Below are positions 43,656-45,307 of a stretch of DNA of 45,307 nucleotides, one piece after another. Position 1 is the stretch's first letter. Each line of letters opens with the position of its first letter. Below the pieces are notes generated by a model, which was given only the letters and a program-made list of their open reading frames with translations, made no database searches and had not been told where the DNA came from. The DNA comes from Verrucomicrobia bacterium GWF2_51_19 (GTDB lineage Bacteria > Verrucomicrobiota > Verrucomicrobiia > Opitutales > UBA12508), in NCBI GenBank assembly GCA_001831095.1, contig MIDP01000001.1, positions 1 through 45,307 of the forward strand. Reading direction: 5' to 3'. A program made the position numbers and the translations under genes.

Positions 43656-44852
43656 CCACAGCGGGATTTTATTACCAAAGCCTATTTCTTTATCGTCTAT
43701 GACCAAAAAAGAATTGGGTCTATCCTTAATTTGGTTGTAATTTTTCTTTGCCCCACCTAATTCCATAATGCAGTGGTTGACTTCAAAATCACCGACATCG
43801 GAATAGGTGACTTCGTATAAACAAGATAGGGCATTGGCAAAAAAAGTTTCTCGAACGGTCCCTATATTGCACGCACTGCCTTTCAAGGCATACATCTGAT
43901 TGGTATTGTTGAGGTAAATTTTTTCTGGCTTTTCAAGCTGATTAAACCCTCGCGATCTCCTGATTGAGCGGATGAGGTCACCGTTCTCAAGAAAGCGCAA
44001 ATACGTCTTCAAGGTCCTTTCATCGCCGACATCTACAGCGGCCTTCAAATGCTTGAAATCAGGCTTATAAGGCACGAGTTCAGATAAAACAGCGAGCAAT
44101 TGTTTGATTTTTTGAAGACTGGCCCCATTGAGGTGAGGGTACACTGCCATTAAGTCACTTTCAAGCGTGGCATGCATACTCTGCTCCAAAGATATAAAAA
44201 ACAATGCTTCATTTTCGTATTCATTGAAATAGGGATAGTAGCCTTGGCGCAGGTAGGTTTTAAAAAGAGGCAGAATCTTCAGCTGAACGGCATCCAAGGC
44301 TCGAATAACACTATCGGCCGCAGCCTCATGATCCCGCATAATGACTTCAAAAGAACAGACCGGGAGGTCGATTTTATGATAGAGCTCAATGTACTCTCTA
44401 AATGATAACCCATACAGGCGATAAGCGATGGCTCGCCGCGATAAATCATAGCTGCCCTCATTGATCTCCAGAGAAGAGCTGCCTGATGCTATTACCTTTA
44501 ATCGCGTAAACGTATCTGTAATACTTTTAATTTCTTGGGCCCAATTTCTGTATTTATGCGTTTCGTCGAAACACAGAAGCTCGCCTCCGTTATTGTAGAA
44601 TTTTTCAGCAATCGCATACAAAGATTGGCCTTTGAGCAGAAAGTGGTCCGTTGGCAAATACAATATTTTTGTCGAGAGCGGCCCATAGTGAGAGAGCATG
44701 TATTGAATGATGACAGTCGTTTTCCCTACCCCTCGCGCTCCAAGCAAAAGCGATAATGGATGCGCAAATGGATTTTGCTGCAGAAAATAGCGCTTATAGG
44801 GCTTGTTCTTATTTTTCAAAAAATGTCGACTGAGGTTAAAAAGCTCTTCCAT
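43635..44852 (-). CDS. AAA+ ATPase, divergent relative of the AAA_14/DUF4143 group (paralog 4 of 4)
   Basis: 405 aa. Walker A GARGVGKTT, LCFDETH Walker B-like. AT-richer than lpxA, and its 3' end overlaps the lpxA 3' end by 21 nt. Confidence 0.75.
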   Translation of the reverse strand: MEELFNLSRHFLKNKNKPYKRYFLQQNPFAHPLSLLLGARGVGKTTVIIQYMLSHYGPLSTKILYLPTDHFLLKGQSLYAIAEKFYNNGGELLCFDETHKYRNWAQEIKSITDTFTRLKVIASGSSSLEINEGSYDLSRRAIAYRLYGLSFREYIELYHKIDLPVCSFEVIMRDHEAAADSVIRALDAVQLKILPLFKTYLRQGYYPYFNEYENEALFFISLEQSMHATLESDLMAVYPHLNGASLQKIKQLLAVLSELVPYKPDFKHLKAAVDVGDERTLKTYLRFLENGDLIRSIRRSRGFNQLEKPEKIYLNNTNQMYALKGSACNIGTVRETFFANALSCLYEVTYSDVGDFEVNHCIMELGGAKKNYNQIKDRPNSFLVIDDKEIGFGNKIPLWLFGFLY

Positions 44853-44874
44853 AGGATCGAAATACTATTTTTAC

Positions 44875-44906
44875 GCAAAAAAGTAGGATTGCAATCCTAT
44901 TTTGCG
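44875..44906. promoter_or_regulatory. imperfect 32-bp palindrome with perfect 16-bp centre TAGGATTGCAATCCTA, upstream of ATPase paralog 4
   Basis: The perfect centre is 44884..44899. The flanks gcaaaa / ttttgc extend the dyad. It lies 23-54 nt upstream of the start codon at 44852. Confidence 0.7.
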
Positions 44907-45307
44907 CCGATTATCTGGGTCCTCAATCATTAGCGAAATTTTATTATCGTGTATCGATTTTACGATGTGCCCTTGAATGGCACCACATTAGAGGCACTCA
45001 CTCCATCCAACTCTGCGTGTGTCAACACGCCCTCGATGCGCCGTTAGAGAGCTCGACGGGTCGCTGGAGCCTTTTGTGGCGCACTCCTTCTGCATCCGAG
45101 AGCGGCTGTGGCTGTTAAAAAAACAAGATATTGGAATGGATTTATCGCTGTTTTTAGAAAAGAATCTTTAAATATAGTATTTTTATAAAAAGTCAAGCTT
45201 TTTCGTGATTTTTTTGCAAGTTCAAGTACGAAGTGCAACACGTGACAGGAAAAAAGAGAAGAGAGTTGAAAGGAAGGAGGAGAGATGCAAAGCTGGTGAT
45301 TTTCTGA

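Noticed and set aside
45044-45241. 65-aa minus-strand ORF with a lipobox-like LTATAALGC
   Set aside because: The protein would end 14 residues after the Cys. The ORF's 5' part (aa 15-20, LTFYKN) is the shared 18-mer motif. There is no RBS. It is possibly a remnant, but it cannot be supported as a gene.
1-45307. Integron attC sites / gene cassettes as an explanation for the structured repeats after genes
   Set aside because: The flanked genes are core housekeeping genes in mixed orientations. There is no intI gene and no RYYYAAC/GTTRRRY core sites. The elements also occur upstream of genes and nested in each other.
1-45307. Transposase, IS element, prophage or conjugative genes
   Set aside because: No ORF shows DDE, HUH/Y1, serine or tyrosine recombinase, or phage structural hallmarks. 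The repeats are therefore non-autonomous if they are mobile at all.

Overview
45.3-kb chromosomal segment of moderate GC from a bacterium I cannot assign. The gene content is mostly generic housekeeping. One WH2/thymosin-like candidate effector hints at a host-associated lifestyle, but this is unproven. I support about 34 protein genes. Housekeeping: mnmE-mnmG, gatA-gatB, mutL, truA, sufC-sufB, tatD, lepA, lpxA. Signalling: a cluster of a Cache protein, a hybrid histidine kinase and a REC-histidine kinase, plus a REC-PP2C / RsbW-like kinase pair. Others: a single-polypeptide E1alpha-E1beta-lipoyl-E2 2-oxoacid dehydrogenase, a UvrD-type helicase-nuclease, a beta-CASP MBL nuclease, and four paralogous AAA_14/DUF4143-type ATPases. 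There are two tRNAs, Leu-CAA and Gln-CUG. The most unusual content is non-coding. Many of the larger intergenic gaps are filled by nested imperfect palindromic elements, which I call families A, B, C and D. All of A, B and C are built around one conserved core: G[G/T]AG, a 5-bp stem, a 4-6 nt loop, a 5-bp stem, then TGA. There are 14 intact cores. Each element is closed by long outer arms related to AAGACCGATGCAAAATRG. The arms differ between copies yet stay complementary within each copy. Several arms start within 0-4 nt of stop codons or tRNA ends. One family (C) is nested inside another (A) at the same position in two distant copies. No transposase, CRISPR array, prophage or rRNA is visible. 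ORF-track starts were re-evaluated, and several long ORFs are artefacts that read through repeats or run antisense to real genes.
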